A DNA stretch of 64,000 nt from Rickettsiales bacterium (lineage in GTDB: Bacteria > Pseudomonadota > Alphaproteobacteria > Rickettsiales > UBA6187): positions 5,537 to 69,536 of the forward strand of contig JAOIVE010000003.1 of the NCBI GenBank assembly GCA_028223895.1, given 5' to 3'. The notes below the pieces were generated by a model, which did no database searches, was not told the origin of the DNA, and saw only the letters and a list, made by a program, of their open reading frames with translations. Shown one piece after another: positions 46,604 through 56,527 of the stretch (positions are counted from its first letter, which is position 1; every line of letters starts with the position of its first letter). The translations under genes and the position numbers were made by a program.

Positions 46604-47488
46604 TTGCAGATAAATTGGCTGAAATATAGAAAAAACATACCATTTGCTCCGTATATAAGACTTCTGCGGATTAATCATCCCATAGGAATAATATTATTAG
46701 TCTGGCCTTGCTGGTGGACTATAGCTATGGCAGAAAGAGGGTCTATTAACCTTGGCCTTTTAATTGTCTTTGGCTTTGGTGCATTTTTAATGCGCAGTGC
46801 AGGATGCATTATAAATGATATTTTGGACAGAGATGTGGATGCTCAGGTTCGTCGAACCAAAGACAGGCCAATAGCCAATGGTGATATATCGGTAAGAGAA
46901 GCATCTTTGGTGGTAGTTTTATTTCTTTTAATTGGCTGGGCAATATTGCTAACCCTTAGCAATACAGCTATTATTCTTGGATATTTAGTTGTCATACCAA
47001 TTATCGTATATCCTTTAATGAAAAGGGTCACATATTGGCCTCAGGCTTTTTTAGGCCTTACATTTAACTGGGGCGTATTGATGGGTTGGGCTGCTGTACA
47101 TGATAAAATATCCATGCCGGCGATTTTAATCTATATAGCAGGTGTTGCATGGACTTTGGGTTACGATACTATTTACGCTCATCAGGATAAGATTGATGAC
47201 CTTGCTTTGGGATTGAAATCCGCTGCTCTTAAATTAGGTAGGAGAACTAAGAGATACTTATATGTTTTTTATGGTACTACAACAATTTGTCTGTGGGCTG
47301 CCGGTATTTTATTGGGTAATGGAGTTTTATATCATTTATTTCTTGTGATTGGCGCTTTGCAACTTTTCTGGCAGGTTACTATGGTAAATCTGGATAATCC
47401 GAATGATTGTAAAATAAAATTCCAGTCTAACCGCTATTATGGCGCTATTATATTTCTTGGAGTCTTAGGCGGTAAGATTTCTTTTTAG
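46604..47488 (+). CDS. ubiA: 4-hydroxybenzoate polyprenyltransferase
   Basis: RSAGCIINDILDRDVDAQVRRTKDRP and YAHQDKIDD motifs. A TTG at 46604 follows a GGGGGA RBS (the ORF is open from 46541), so the start is uncertain. Confidence 0.85.
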   Translation: MQINWLKYRKNIPFAPYIRLLRINHPIGIILLVWPCWWTIAMAERGSINLGLLIVFGFGAFLMRSAGCIINDILDRDVDAQVRRTKDRPIANGDISVREASLVVVLFLLIGWAILLTLSNTAIILGYLVVIPIIVYPLMKRVTYWPQAFLGLTFNWGVLMGWAAVHDKISMPAILIYIAGVAWTLGYDTIYAHQDKIDDLALGLKSAALKLGRRTKRYLYVFYGTTTICLWAAGILLGNGVLYHLFLVIGALQLFWQVTMVNLDNPNDCKIKFQSNRYYGAIIFLGVLGGKISF

Positions 47489-47512
47489 GATTAAGATTTT
47501 ATTGTATATAAC

Positions 47513-48505
47513 CTATATTTTAGGCAATTGATCCAGAAAATCATTTTGCCAGACTTTTTTATATGTGTCGGGTGAAATATTTCCTCCAGATAAGATAATA
47601 AGTATCTTTTGTTTGTTTTTTTGAGCCTTTAGCCATTTAAAGGCAGCACCCATTGCAACGGCAGAAGTTGGTTCTATAGTGGTTTTTAGTAGATGCATAA
47701 GCCACTGCGTCCAGTAAATAATTTCTTCTTCTGTTACTGAATAAAAACCATCTATTTTTTTTAAATAACTAAATGTTCGTTCCGATACACAAAGAGACAT
47801 TGCTCCATCAGCAATAGTTTGTGGAGAGTCTTTATAAGCAAATATTTTCCCGCTGTTATATGAGCGTAGCGCATCATCGGCATTTGCTGGCTCTCCTGCA
47901 AAAATAAGAGATTCTTTAGATAATAACTCTTTTGCAAGATATGTTCCTGACAATAATCCGCCGCCGCCGCATGTAGCAAAAATAGCATCTGGTTTTACCC
48001 CTTTTTTTAAAGCCTCATAACAGCTTGTTCCTTGGCCTTCAATCACCATATCATTGTCAAAAGGGTGGATAAAATATGCGCCTCTTTTTTGCATTTCACA
48101 AGTACGACTTTCTGCATCTGGCCGATTTTCAGTTAATATAACATTTGCGCCATATCCCTCTGTCGCTTGTTTCTTAATTTTTGATGCATGTTTAGTCATA
48201 AATATTGTAGATTTTATTTTAAATAAACTACAGGCAAGAGCTACAGCTTGTGCATGATTTCCTGAGCTGAAAGTTACAACTTCCTGTGGTAGTTTTTCCT
48301 GTTCTTTGAGAGTTAATAAAGTGTTTAAAGCACCACGTATTTTAAATGCTCCTATTTTTTGGAATCCTTCAACTTTGAAAATAATATCATGCCCCAGCCA
48401 TTCATTTAAGTGAGTTGATTTTAATAATGGAGTTTCATTTATAAAGGGTCTTATTCTTTTATATGCTAGTTCTACAGCCTCAGGAGAAAGTAATTTATTG
48501 CTCAT
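47513..48505 (-). CDS. PLP-dependent threonine/serine dehydratase family enzyme
   Basis: FQKIGAFKIRGA (PLP Lys), SSGNHAQAVA and CGGGGLLSG loops. 4-nt overlap with the upstream RidA ORF. Confidence 0.85.
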   Translation of the reverse strand: MSNKLLSPEAVELAYKRIRPFINETPLLKSTHLNEWLGHDIIFKVEGFQKIGAFKIRGALNTLLTLKEQEKLPQEVVTFSSGNHAQAVALACSLFKIKSTIFMTKHASKIKKQATEGYGANVILTENRPDAESRTCEMQKRGAYFIHPFDNDMVIEGQGTSCYEALKKGVKPDAIFATCGGGGLLSGTYLAKELLSKESLIFAGEPANADDALRSYNSGKIFAYKDSPQTIADGAMSLCVSERTFSYLKKIDGFYSVTEEEIIYWTQWLMHLLKTTIEPTSAVAMGAAFKWLKAQKNKQKILIILSGGNISPDTYKKVWQNDFLDQLPKI

Positions 48506-48969
48506 TGATCTATCTCAAAAATAGCATCAACTTCGACGGTACTGTGTGATGGTAAGCTATTTGAACTTACTGTTGTACGAACATGCTTCCCCTTATCTGC
48601 AAATACATCCACCATTAGATCGGAAACTCCATTGGCAACTTTTGCCTGACCGCAGAAATCATCCGTTGAGTTTACAAACACACCAAGGCGCACACAATGT
48701 TTTACTTTTCCTAAGTCACCTTCAAGAGCTTGTTTTAGTTGAAATAATATATTCAAGCCACAAAGCCTTGCAGCTTTTTGTGCTTCTTCTAATGAATATT
48801 TATCTCCGGCTTTGCCAGCATATTCAAGTTTTCCATTATATTTTGCGGTTTGTCCGGCAATAAATATTAAATTTCCTGTTTTATAATATGGTATATAATT
48901 TGCCGCTGGCAGGTTGGATTCTGGCAGTTCTATCCCTAATTCTTTGAGCCTATTTTCAATATCACTCAT
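48502..48969 (-). CDS. RidA/YjgF family protein
   Basis: MSDIENRLKELGIELP...GNLIFIAGQ...VEVDAIFEI. The start is chosen at MSDIE. It forms an operon with the dehydratase whose enamine/imine products RidA proteins quench. Confidence 0.8.
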   Translation of the reverse strand: MSDIENRLKELGIELPESNLPAANYIPYYKTGNLIFIAGQTAKYNGKLEYAGKAGDKYSLEEAQKAARLCGLNILFQLKQALEGDLGKVKHCVRLGVFVNSTDDFCGQAKVANGVSDLMVDVFADKGKHVRTTVSSNSLPSHSTVEVDAIFEIDQ

Positions 48970-49846
48970 TTGTAAGGCTTTCATATACAATAGTAGTAAA
49001 TGAATCAGGGCTTACTATCCCTTTTTCCATGAGTGCGTCAAAATCTTTTGTTGGTTTTTGGGCTATAACTTCATCAAGATTCTTACCTTCTTTAATTGCT
49101 GCTTTTATATTATTTGTTATTTTTATCAGCATATCTCTATAGGATTTTAGATCAGATTTATTCATTAATGGGCCGTGACCAGGAGCAATAATTGTTTTAT
49201 CATCAGATAATTTTAGTAATTTTTCCAGCGCATTTATAATACCTGTTATAGATCCGCCATGCTCTGTGTCTATAAAGGGATAAAGGCCACTAAATATTAT
49301 ATCTCCTGCAACAATAATGTTATTTTTAACAAAATATACAATAGCATCACCATCTGTGTGGGCGTTTGGCATATGCGTAATACGGACTTCATCATCATTA
49401 TAGTGAAGGGTAATATTATCTGTAAATGTTAGCTTGGGTAGCCCGGTTTTTGATAAAGCAGGCATTTGCCTTTTAAAGTAAGTTATGAATTGTTCAGTGC
49501 TAAGACGTTTTTGTACATTGTTATGAGCCATAATAATAGCTTTTTTGCTGCCAAAAAATTCATTTCCTCCGGTGTGATCAAAGTGAAAATGCGTGTTTAA
49601 AATAAATTTTATTTCTGAATTGCTGATTGATCTAACTTGCTCTTCAATTATTTTACTGCGATCAGCTAGCTGGTCGTCAATAATAAATGCGCCGTCATTT
49701 CCTGTAGATAAGACAATATTTCCTCCTTTTGGACTAACTAGAAAATATATGTTATCACGTATTTTTGTTGTAACAACATCACTTTGTGCATTGGCGGAAA
49801 ATGTCATTAGCAGGGTGAATATGATAACGCTATAAAATTTTTTCAT
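48962..49846 (-). CDS. secreted MBL-fold metallo-hydrolase
   Basis: Signal peptide MKKFYSVIIFTLLMTFSANA and the HFHFDHTGG zinc motif. Confidence 0.85.
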   Translation of the reverse strand: MKKFYSVIIFTLLMTFSANAQSDVVTTKIRDNIYFLVSPKGGNIVLSTGNDGAFIIDDQLADRSKIIEEQVRSISNSEIKFILNTHFHFDHTGGNEFFGSKKAIIMAHNNVQKRLSTEQFITYFKRQMPALSKTGLPKLTFTDNITLHYNDDEVRITHMPNAHTDGDAIVYFVKNNIIVAGDIIFSGLYPFIDTEHGGSITGIINALEKLLKLSDDKTIIAPGHGPLMNKSDLKSYRDMLIKITNNIKAAIKEGKNLDEVIAQKPTKDFDALMEKGIVSPDSFTTIVYESLTNE

Positions 49847-50030
49847 GTTCGTACCAAATTAAATTTAAAATTGACAGTTGCGCTTAAAATAATAAAGAAT
49901 TTATAAATTTTCTATAATTACCAACATATAATATTGAGTTGTAAACTTCATCATATTTCAGTGGAGCGCATATTGAAAATATTAATTAACCTTCTTATAT
50001 AGTTAAGAGATAATATTTTTGGGTTTTGAT

Positions 50031-50894
50031 ATGAATTATTTAAAAACAGCTATCCTTCTTGCAGGAATGACTGCTCTGTTTGGCCTTGCAGGATTTGCTC
50101 TTGGTGGCGAAGGAGGGATGGTTATAGCATTTATCATTGCTGCTGCCATGAACGTAGGTTCATATTGGTTTTCAGATAAAATAGTCCTGAAAATGTATGG
50201 CGCTAAACCGTTAACTTCCGGAGATATTTATGACATGGTAGCGGAACTTGCGAACAAAGCATCTCTGCCTATGCCAAAGGTATATATCATGGAAAATCCG
50301 CAACCAAATGCTTTTGCAACAGGACGGAATCCTGAAAATGGCGCAGTAGCTGTTACGACAGGAATAACTCAAATATTGAATAAAGACGAGTTGCGAGGTG
50401 TGATTGCGCATGAGTTGGCGCATATTAAAAACCGCGATACTCTTATCATGACTATAACTGCTACAATTGCCGGAGCACTTGGCATGCTTGCTAATATGGC
50501 AATGTTCACCGGGCATAGGCGCGAAGGTGGAAGTCCGATTGGTACTATAGCAGTTATGATACTTGCCCCAATTGCTGCCATGCTTGTGCAAATGGCAATC
50601 TCACGAACACGTGAATATGCAGCTGATAAGGGTGGGGCGGAAATAAGCGGTACGCCTCTTGCGCTTGCTTCAGCATTAGAAAAAATACAAAACGGAGCGC
50701 AGGCAGTAGATAATGATAAAGCGGAGCAAAATCCTGCTACTGCTCATATGTTTATTATTAATCCTCTGCATGCACGATCTACTGACAACTTATTTTCCAC
50801 GCACCCTAACACAGCTAATCGTATAAAAGCTTTGCAAGAAATGTCTGGTGGCCGCAAGGAGGGTAATAGGTCGGTCAGCGGGCCTTGGGGATAG
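50031..50894 (+). CDS. htpX: zinc metalloprotease HtpX
   Basis: [13 protein letters not shown]..., [10 protein letters not shown] (HExxH), and four TM segments. Confidence 0.92.
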   Translation: MNYLKTAILLAGMTALFGLAGFALGGEGGMVIAFIIAAAMNVGSYWFSDKIVLKMYGAKPLTSGDIYDMVAELANKASLPMPKVYIMENPQPNAFATGRNPENGAVAVTTGITQILNKDELRGVIAHELAHIKNRDTLIMTITATIAGALGMLANMAMFTGHRREGGSPIGTIAVMILAPIAAMLVQMAISRTREYAADKGGAEISGTPLALASALEKIQNGAQAVDNDKAEQNPATAHMFIINPLHARSTDNLFSTHPNTANRIKALQEMSGGRKEGNRSVSGPWG

Positions 50895-51000
50895 GTCAGG
50901 CAGGTATAAAATAATGCTTTTAAAACAGATGTAAATATTGATTTTTTATGTATATTCAAGGTTAGTAAATATCTGTTTTAACATATTATTATGAACTTCT

Positions 51001-53733
51001 ATGAGCAAAGTATCAAATCATGATATTCAGGGTCTGTGGCATAGTCTTCCTGTGGGTAGGGCGTTATGTGATCTTAATAGTTCAGTCGATGGCTTAAGCA
51101 GCGAGGAGGCAAACCAACGCCTTAAAATTTATGGGCATAATCGTCTTCCTGATCCACCAAGGCAGAGTATTATCAAGCGTTTCCTTCTGCAATTTCATAA
51201 TATTCTGATTTATGTACTTCTTGGCTCATCTCTTATCACCGCAGTGCTTGGTCATATTGCTGATACTATTGTTATTCTGACAGTTGTTCTTGCTAATGCT
51301 ATAATTGGTTTCATTCAAGAAGGAAAAGCAGAAAAAGCAATGGATGCTATAAGGCATATGCTTTCTGCGCATGCTTCTGTAATACGTGATGGAAAGCGTC
51401 AAAAAATAGAAGGAGAAAAACTTGTACCAGGAGATATAATTTTTCTTGAGGCTGGAGATAAAGTGCCAGCTGACTCTCGCCTTATAAAAGCGCATGGATT
51501 GTTTGTACAGGAAGCCATACTTACCGGGGAGTCTGTTGCGGTGGAAAAGCATATAGGGGAGGTAGAAGCAGAATCTGCGCTGGGTGATCGTTCTTCGATG
51601 ACATTTTATGGAACATTTGTAACGAGTGGACAGGGGTTAGCTGTTGTAACTGGTATAGGAATGAATACGGAGATTGGGCGCATAAGCAGCCTGCTTGCAA
51701 CGGTTGAAACTCTGACTACTCCACTTATTGAGCAAATGAATGTGTTTGCCAAATGGCTGACTATTTTCATCCTTATGATGGCGGTTATATTACTTATATA
51801 TGGATATTTTAGCGGATATCATGAATTGGAAGAGATGTTCATGGCTGTGGTTGGAATTTCTGTTGCTGCCATACCAGAAGGCTTGCCGGCTGTTCTAACC
51901 ATAACGCTTGCTATTGGTGTGCAGGCAATGGCTAGGCGCAATGCTATCATACGCCGTCTTCCTGCAATTGAAACGCTGGGATCTGTTTCGGTTATATGCA
52001 CTGATAAAACCGGAACTCTAACTCGTAATGAAATGATGGTAGCTTCTGCTGTTACTTACAACCAACTTTATTATATTGAAGGAAATGGTTATGAGCCAAA
52101 AGGCGCAATAATGCTTGAAGGTGCGCATATAGATATAAAAGAGAATGATATACTTGATAAACTAGCTAAGGCAGGAGCCTTATGTAATGATGCTGCTTTG
52201 CATGAAAATAATGGAATATGGAAAATAGAGGGCGACCCAATGGAGGGTGCATTGCTTAGCTTTGCATGTAAGGCAGGTTTAAATATTCATGATGAAATTC
52301 TTAAATGCCCGCGCAATGACTCTATCCCATTTGATTCAAAATACAGATTTATGGCAACGCTTAACAATGATAATCAAGGTCGCTCAATAATTTTTGTTAA
52401 GGGAGCGCCAGAGCGTATTATTGGTATGTGTAAGAATCAACTTGCAAATAGCAATAACATGTTGATGGATGCTGATTACTGGAATAGGAAAGCAAATGAA
52501 ATAGCCTCAGATGGACAAAGGGTTCTTGCTTTGGCAATGGGAAGTGTAGAGTCAAATAACACTGTACTGAAGCATTATGATATTGAAGGAAAATTAACAA
52601 TGATCGGATTGGTTGGGTTTATTGATCCACCAAGGCCGGAATCAGTAAACGCAATCAAAGAGTGCCATAGTGCAGGAATCCTTGTGAAGATGATTACTGG
52701 CGACCACGCTGTAACTGCATCAGCCATAGGAAAACATATAGGTCTGCATAATTCTAATAAAGTTCTGACAGGCGCAGATATTGATAAAATGAATGATGAA
52801 GAGTTAAAGTCTACGGTGCTTGATACCGATATTTATGCACGTACAAGTCCTGAGCATAAGCTTCGTCTTGTTATGGCGCTGCAATCACATGGCATGATTG
52901 TTGCAATGACGGGAGATGGTGTAAATGACGCTCCTGCATTAAAACGTGCTGATGCAGGAATTGCTATGGGAATGAAAGGAAGTGAGGTTGCCAAGGAGTC
53001 GGCAGAATTGGTGCTTGCAGATGATAATTTTGCTTCAATTGTAAATGCGGTGCGCGAAGGTCGGACGGTTTATGATAACATTAAAAAAGTAATTAGCTGG
53101 ACATTACCTACTAGCTTTGGTGAAGCTATGGTTATTATTGCCGCCTTATTGCTTGGATTAACATTACCTATTACTCCAATACAAATTCTTTGGATAAATC
53201 TTATTACTGCCTCAACTTTGGGTCTTGCACTTGCTTTTGAGCCAACCGAAGAAAAAACTATGCAGCGTAAACCACGTAAGAGGAATGCTCCAATTTTGAC
53301 TGTTGGTCTGTTATGGCATATTATCCTTGTATCCATCCTTTTCTTATGCGGCGTTTATGGCATTTATTCCTATGCTATAGATATGGGTTATTCAGTTGAT
53401 TTAGCAAGGACGCTTGCTGTTAATACTATCGTAGTTATGGAGGTTTTTCATCTTTTCTTCATCCGCAATATCTATGGTACGTCACTTACATTTAAAGCAT
53501 TGCGCGGGACAAGGGTGGTGTGGATAACCGTTATTATTATTGTGGTAGCGCAATTTGCAATAACCTACCTGCCAATAATGCAGAAAATATTTGCCACTGA
53601 ATCTATTACGTTTTTTGATGGTCTGCTAATAATAGGTGTAGGCATCATGCTGTTTGCCATTATTGAAATTGAAAAGCAGATAAGGTTGCAAATAGTGAGT
53701 TTAAAAAGAAGCGATAGTGCCTCCCATTTATAA
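51001..53733 (+). CDS. cation-transporting P-type ATPase (P2-type, Ca2+/Mg2+-like)
   Basis: TGES, ICTDKTGTLT, KGAPE, MITGD and TGDGVNDAPALK motifs, plus about 10 TM helices. Confidence 0.92.
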   Translation: MSKVSNHDIQGLWHSLPVGRALCDLNSSVDGLSSEEANQRLKIYGHNRLPDPPRQSIIKRFLLQFHNILIYVLLGSSLITAVLGHIADTIVILTVVLANAIIGFIQEGKAEKAMDAIRHMLSAHASVIRDGKRQKIEGEKLVPGDIIFLEAGDKVPADSRLIKAHGLFVQEAILTGESVAVEKHIGEVEAESALGDRSSMTFYGTFVTSGQGLAVVTGIGMNTEIGRISSLLATVETLTTPLIEQMNVFAKWLTIFILMMAVILLIYGYFSGYHELEEMFMAVVGISVAAIPEGLPAVLTITLAIGVQAMARRNAIIRRLPAIETLGSVSVICTDKTGTLTRNEMMVASAVTYNQLYYIEGNGYEPKGAIMLEGAHIDIKENDILDKLAKAGALCNDAALHENNGIWKIEGDPMEGALLSFACKAGLNIHDEILKCPRNDSIPFDSKYRFMATLNNDNQGRSIIFVKGAPERIIGMCKNQLANSNNMLMDADYWNRKANEIASDGQRVLALAMGSVESNNTVLKHYDIEGKLTMIGLVGFIDPPRPESVNAIKECHSAGILVKMITGDHAVTASAIGKHIGLHNSNKVLTGADIDKMNDEELKSTVLDTDIYARTSPEHKLRLVMALQSHGMIVAMTGDGVNDAPALKRADAGIAMGMKGSEVAKESAELVLADDNFASIVNAVREGRTVYDNIKKVISWTLPTSFGEAMVIIAALLLGLTLPITPIQILWINLITASTLGLALAFEPTEEKTMQRKPRKRNAPILTVGLLWHIILVSILFLCGVYGIYSYAIDMGYSVDLARTLAVNTIVVMEVFHLFFIRNIYGTSLTFKALRGTRVVWITVIIIVVAQFAITYLPIMQKIFATESITFFDGLLIIGVGIMLFAIIEIEKQIRLQIVSLKRSDSASHL

Positions 53734-53793
53734 AAAACAGATATTCTGCTATGGATGGTATGTTTTTCAGGGGTGCTGGGGTTTGTGGGTGAA
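53727..53793 (+). repeat. att-like direct repeat, copy a (only the terminal 65 bp or so), overlapping the ATPase stop codon
   Basis: TTTATAAAAAACAGATATTCTGCTATGGATGGTATGTTTTTCAGGGGTGCTGGGGTTTGTGG matches the 3' ends of 56528..56899 and 63588..63960. Confidence 0.8.
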
Positions 53794-53799
53794 GTGCAA

Positions 53800-54588
53800 T
53801 CACGCTGACTCTATGAATTTTGCAACTCTATTTCTTTTAAAGCCCTTATATGCAAAGACTGTTAAAGGAAAAACAAATGAAATAAGCCCAATAATTCCTG
53901 AGTATTCATCGTACCAAGCAAGGTTTGTTTCTGATATGTAAAAACCTGGAAAAATTGGTTTTAGAATGTATGGCATAAATATACCTAAAAGAAGGTAACT
54001 TGGAAACAATATTATAAAAATCGTGGATGATATTTTATCATAGTTTTTTGATTCTGATGAGATATTCAAAATTTTCAAAAAAAGCTTAGTTAAGTTAGGA
54101 AGGAAAAACATTCCAAATATTAGTATGATAAACATTATGAAAAATCTAAAATTAACCCCAGTGAAATTTCTTTGATGCTCACTAAATTTCACTAGAAGGT
54201 TATTCTTTAAGACATTAATATAATCTTTATCACTGCCTGAAAGGCTTAATTCACTTGAGTAGTCGGATAAGTTAACAACTAATCTATTAATTTTTTCTTC
54301 ATAAGAATTGAAGGAGAGGTCAGCACTATAACCTTCTTTAGGAAAGTTTTTTATATCTTTATCTGAAATAGGAAGTTCCAATTCCACATGGTCAATTTTA
54401 AGCGTACCTTTTGTTTTATCACTTCCATTCAAGTCAACTAGATGTCTGTAGGTTGAGTTAGCAATATCCACCAGTTCATTTGTAGTCATTGAGGTGTTTG
54501 GTAAATTAATAGTTGGTGTAAAGTTTGCAGATAATGCATAAGTAGACCAAAGGCATAAAAAAACTAAAAGTTTAATTTTTATAAACAT
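53800..54588 (-). CDS. secreted/membrane protein, unknown function
   Basis: The start is taken at MFIKIKLLVFLCLWSTYALSA (signal peptide). C-terminal TM helices follow. The longer ORF to 54741 only reads into the repeat element. Confidence 0.55.
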   Translation of the reverse strand: MFIKIKLLVFLCLWSTYALSANFTPTINLPNTSMTTNELVDIANSTYRHLVDLNGSDKTKGTLKIDHVELELPISDKDIKNFPKEGYSADLSFNSYEEKINRLVVNLSDYSSELSLSGSDKDYINVLKNNLLVKFSEHQRNFTGVNFRFFIMFIILIFGMFFLPNLTKLFLKILNISSESKNYDKISSTIFIILFPSYLLLGIFMPYILKPIFPGFYISETNLAWYDEYSGIIGLISFVFPLTVFAYKGFKRNRVAKFIESA

Positions 54589-54600
54589 AATTTTTAATTC

Positions 54601-54924
54601 TCCATCTGGTACCCATCTGGTACCTCGTTTTAAAAAATAGTGACCCCGAGTGGATTGATAAAAATCGCTATTAACACGATTTTTACCCTTCGGGCTTCGT
54701 CGCATATTACATATGCTCCTCGTCCAATTTGATTTCATCAAATTGTCGAACCACCGACCTACAGATTATGAATATTGGTTGTCACCCTTAACATAGAACC
54801 ACATATACAACCATTTACTACGATAGTCCACTACATCTCAAACGGTTGTTTCAATGTTACGATGCGCTTGGCTACGATCTACTACGTGCAAATTGTATTT
54901 TGATTGGTACCTCGGTGGTACCAC
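54601..54924. repeat. structured MITE-like element, copy A
   Basis: Termini TCCATCTGGTACCcatcTGGTACC and TTGGTACCtcggTGGTACCAC. The 110-nt multi-hairpin core is identical to copy B. Confidence 0.85.
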
Positions 54925-54932
54925 GATTATTT

Positions 54933-55451
54933 TTATCCTCCTTTTTTTCCAATATCTGTTTTGGACTGCTCCCATAGTAGTTGGTCATAGGTTTTTGCAA
55001 TACGAGAGTCATATGCAGGTAACTTTCTTTCTTTCAATATGCGTATAAAGTCTGCTTCTTTTAGATGCTGTGAGTCGGAGCAGTCACTTCCATAAGTGCA
55101 TATGTAATAATAAGGCTCTCTCGCAAGACCCTGCCGGAATCCATAAATGGTATCTTCATGCCACATAACATCTTTAACATCACCAATCACTACTCTTTCT
55201 CTATCTTTATTGTACCAATCTTTATCATAAATAGCCTTAGGTGAAGCATATTGACGTTCAGAATCGCGATCGTAAATGAAGCCATTTGGCAGATATATAG
55301 GAAAAGGAGCTGGTGCCATCATTCCATTATAAAATAAAACAATAAATGGCCATGCCATAACAACAGTCCCAACTATGGCTGCAATTGCAACATATGATAT
55401 AGAACCCCATTTTATAATTCTCTTACTTATTGCTTTTATATTTATTTCCAT
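54933..55451 (-). CDS. membrane-anchored protein, putative cognate partner (immunity-like) of the MuF-domain protein
   Basis: One N-terminal TM helix. Paralogue of 59932..60525 (TIYGFRQGLAREPYYYICTYGSDCSDSQHL vs TIYGYRKDLQGNPFYFICDYGKDCSNSQNL). Lies 5 nt downstream of 55457..56362. Confidence 0.6.
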   Translation of the reverse strand: MEINIKAISKRIIKWGSISYVAIAAIVGTVVMAWPFIVLFYNGMMAPAPFPIYLPNGFIYDRDSERQYASPKAIYDKDWYNKDRERVVIGDVKDVMWHEDTIYGFRQGLAREPYYYICTYGSDCSDSQHLKEADFIRILKERKLPAYDSRIAKTYDQLLWEQSKTDIGKKGG

Positions 55452-55456
55452 AACGC

Positions 55457-56362
55457 CTAATTGGTTATTTTCACTGTTGCATTAAATTTCGTCTGCCAAC
55501 TATCAGTAATTGTATAAACATCACCAAGTGCATCATCGATAACACGTACTCGTTCTTCGGCTTCTCCTCGGTCTATGCCAAATAGACGCACCTGAATTTC
55601 TACAAGAGTAAATATATCTGCAAATGCATCAATGAAATTATATGTAATAATGCCATTTATAACTAGAAAATCTTTTTCTTTTCTAACGTCACCTTCAAAT
55701 ACTCCCTTTACCGTTGAGTTCCTGAAAGTATACAATACGTCATAAAAGTTATAGGTAGTGCCAAAAGGGTAATCAAAATGACCCTCTCCCTTTTCCTTCG
55801 CTTTATCTATAATCTGCTTGTTAATCGCACGATAAACACCAGGCTGCCCATCGGATGCTATTGCCTGATATTCATAATAATCAATAATCTCAGCCAAATA
55901 ACCTGTTTCTTGCAATGTTACTGGAGCACCTCCGGCATTTCTATAGTGATTCCAAAAATCTAAGTTTCCCCATTTTTCTTGATCATTAATCGGAGTTATC
56001 AATAGCTGATTGGCATATTCCTTCGCATTAATAGGCTCAGCCCAGCATCTGCAGTTAAAGTCTTCACCGGGATGACCTGTTTTGGGCTTTTTACTCCACT
56101 CAAAGATTTTGTCATCATTAGCGGCATGTGATGGCCTTACTTTTTTATCATCCTGTGTACGCCATATATAATGGGTACTACCTCCAAACATTTTGTACTG
56201 CATCAGCAACCAAACAAGATGCTCATCTATTTTTTGTAATGCTTTAGCTTCTTCAAACAACCCTAAATCAAGGCTTTTGGTAATCAGCATTTGGTTCTTA
56301 ACACCAAGATGTTCAATTTGTTTAACTATAGGTGATTTGGTTTGCGTAAATATATTATGCAT
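55457..56362 (-). CDS. MuF (SPP1 gp7 / phage Mu F) domain protein with a C-terminal domain of unknown function, polymorphic-toxin-like
   Basis: HYIWRTQDDKKVRPSHAANDDKIFEWSKKPKTGHPGEDFNCRCWAEPI matches the MuF signature. The start is taken at MHNIFTQ by analogy with the paralogue. Confidence 0.7.
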   Translation of the reverse strand: MHNIFTQTKSPIVKQIEHLGVKNQMLITKSLDLGLFEEAKALQKIDEHLVWLLMQYKMFGGSTHYIWRTQDDKKVRPSHAANDDKIFEWSKKPKTGHPGEDFNCRCWAEPINAKEYANQLLITPINDQEKWGNLDFWNHYRNAGGAPVTLQETGYLAEIIDYYEYQAIASDGQPGVYRAINKQIIDKAKEKGEGHFDYPFGTTYNFYDVLYTFRNSTVKGVFEGDVRKEKDFLVINGIITYNFIDAFADIFTLVEIQVRLFGIDRGEAEERVRVIDDALGDVYTITDSWQTKFNATVKITN

Positions 56363-56520
56363 TGGTTTCTCCTGAATTTGGGGCAATAAAAAACCCCTTT
56401 GGCTAGAGATGCACAAAGAGGCTGATGAACTATAATGATGTGGGTGGATACAAAAATCTGTATTCTATAATTTACATAATATCATGAAAATTTGAGCTAT
56501 ATAAGCCCTGCTCATAAAAA
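56363..56520 (-). promoter_or_regulatory. conserved leader/promoter region of MuF-like gene 1
   Basis: Near-identical to 61493..61655. On the coding strand it has a TATAGT box, then the hairpin CCTCTTTG..CAAAGGGG plus a T-run (56388-56424), then the CAGGAGA RBS. Confidence 0.5.
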
Positions 56521-56527
56521 AATAATA

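Noticed and set aside
47513-49846. The threonine dehydratase / RidA / secreted MBL-hydrolase cluster as a possible novel system.
   Set aside because: The dehydratase-RidA pairing is a well-understood metabolic coupling in which RidA quenches enamine/imine products. The MBL gene has its own signal peptide and nothing links it functionally. This is ordinary core metabolism.
53800-54741. The longer 313-aa version of the ORF, with an N-terminal extension of 51 aa.
   Set aside because: The extension is a read-through of structured element A. A signal-peptide-like start (MFIKIKLLVF..) with an upstream GGAGA lies at 54588.
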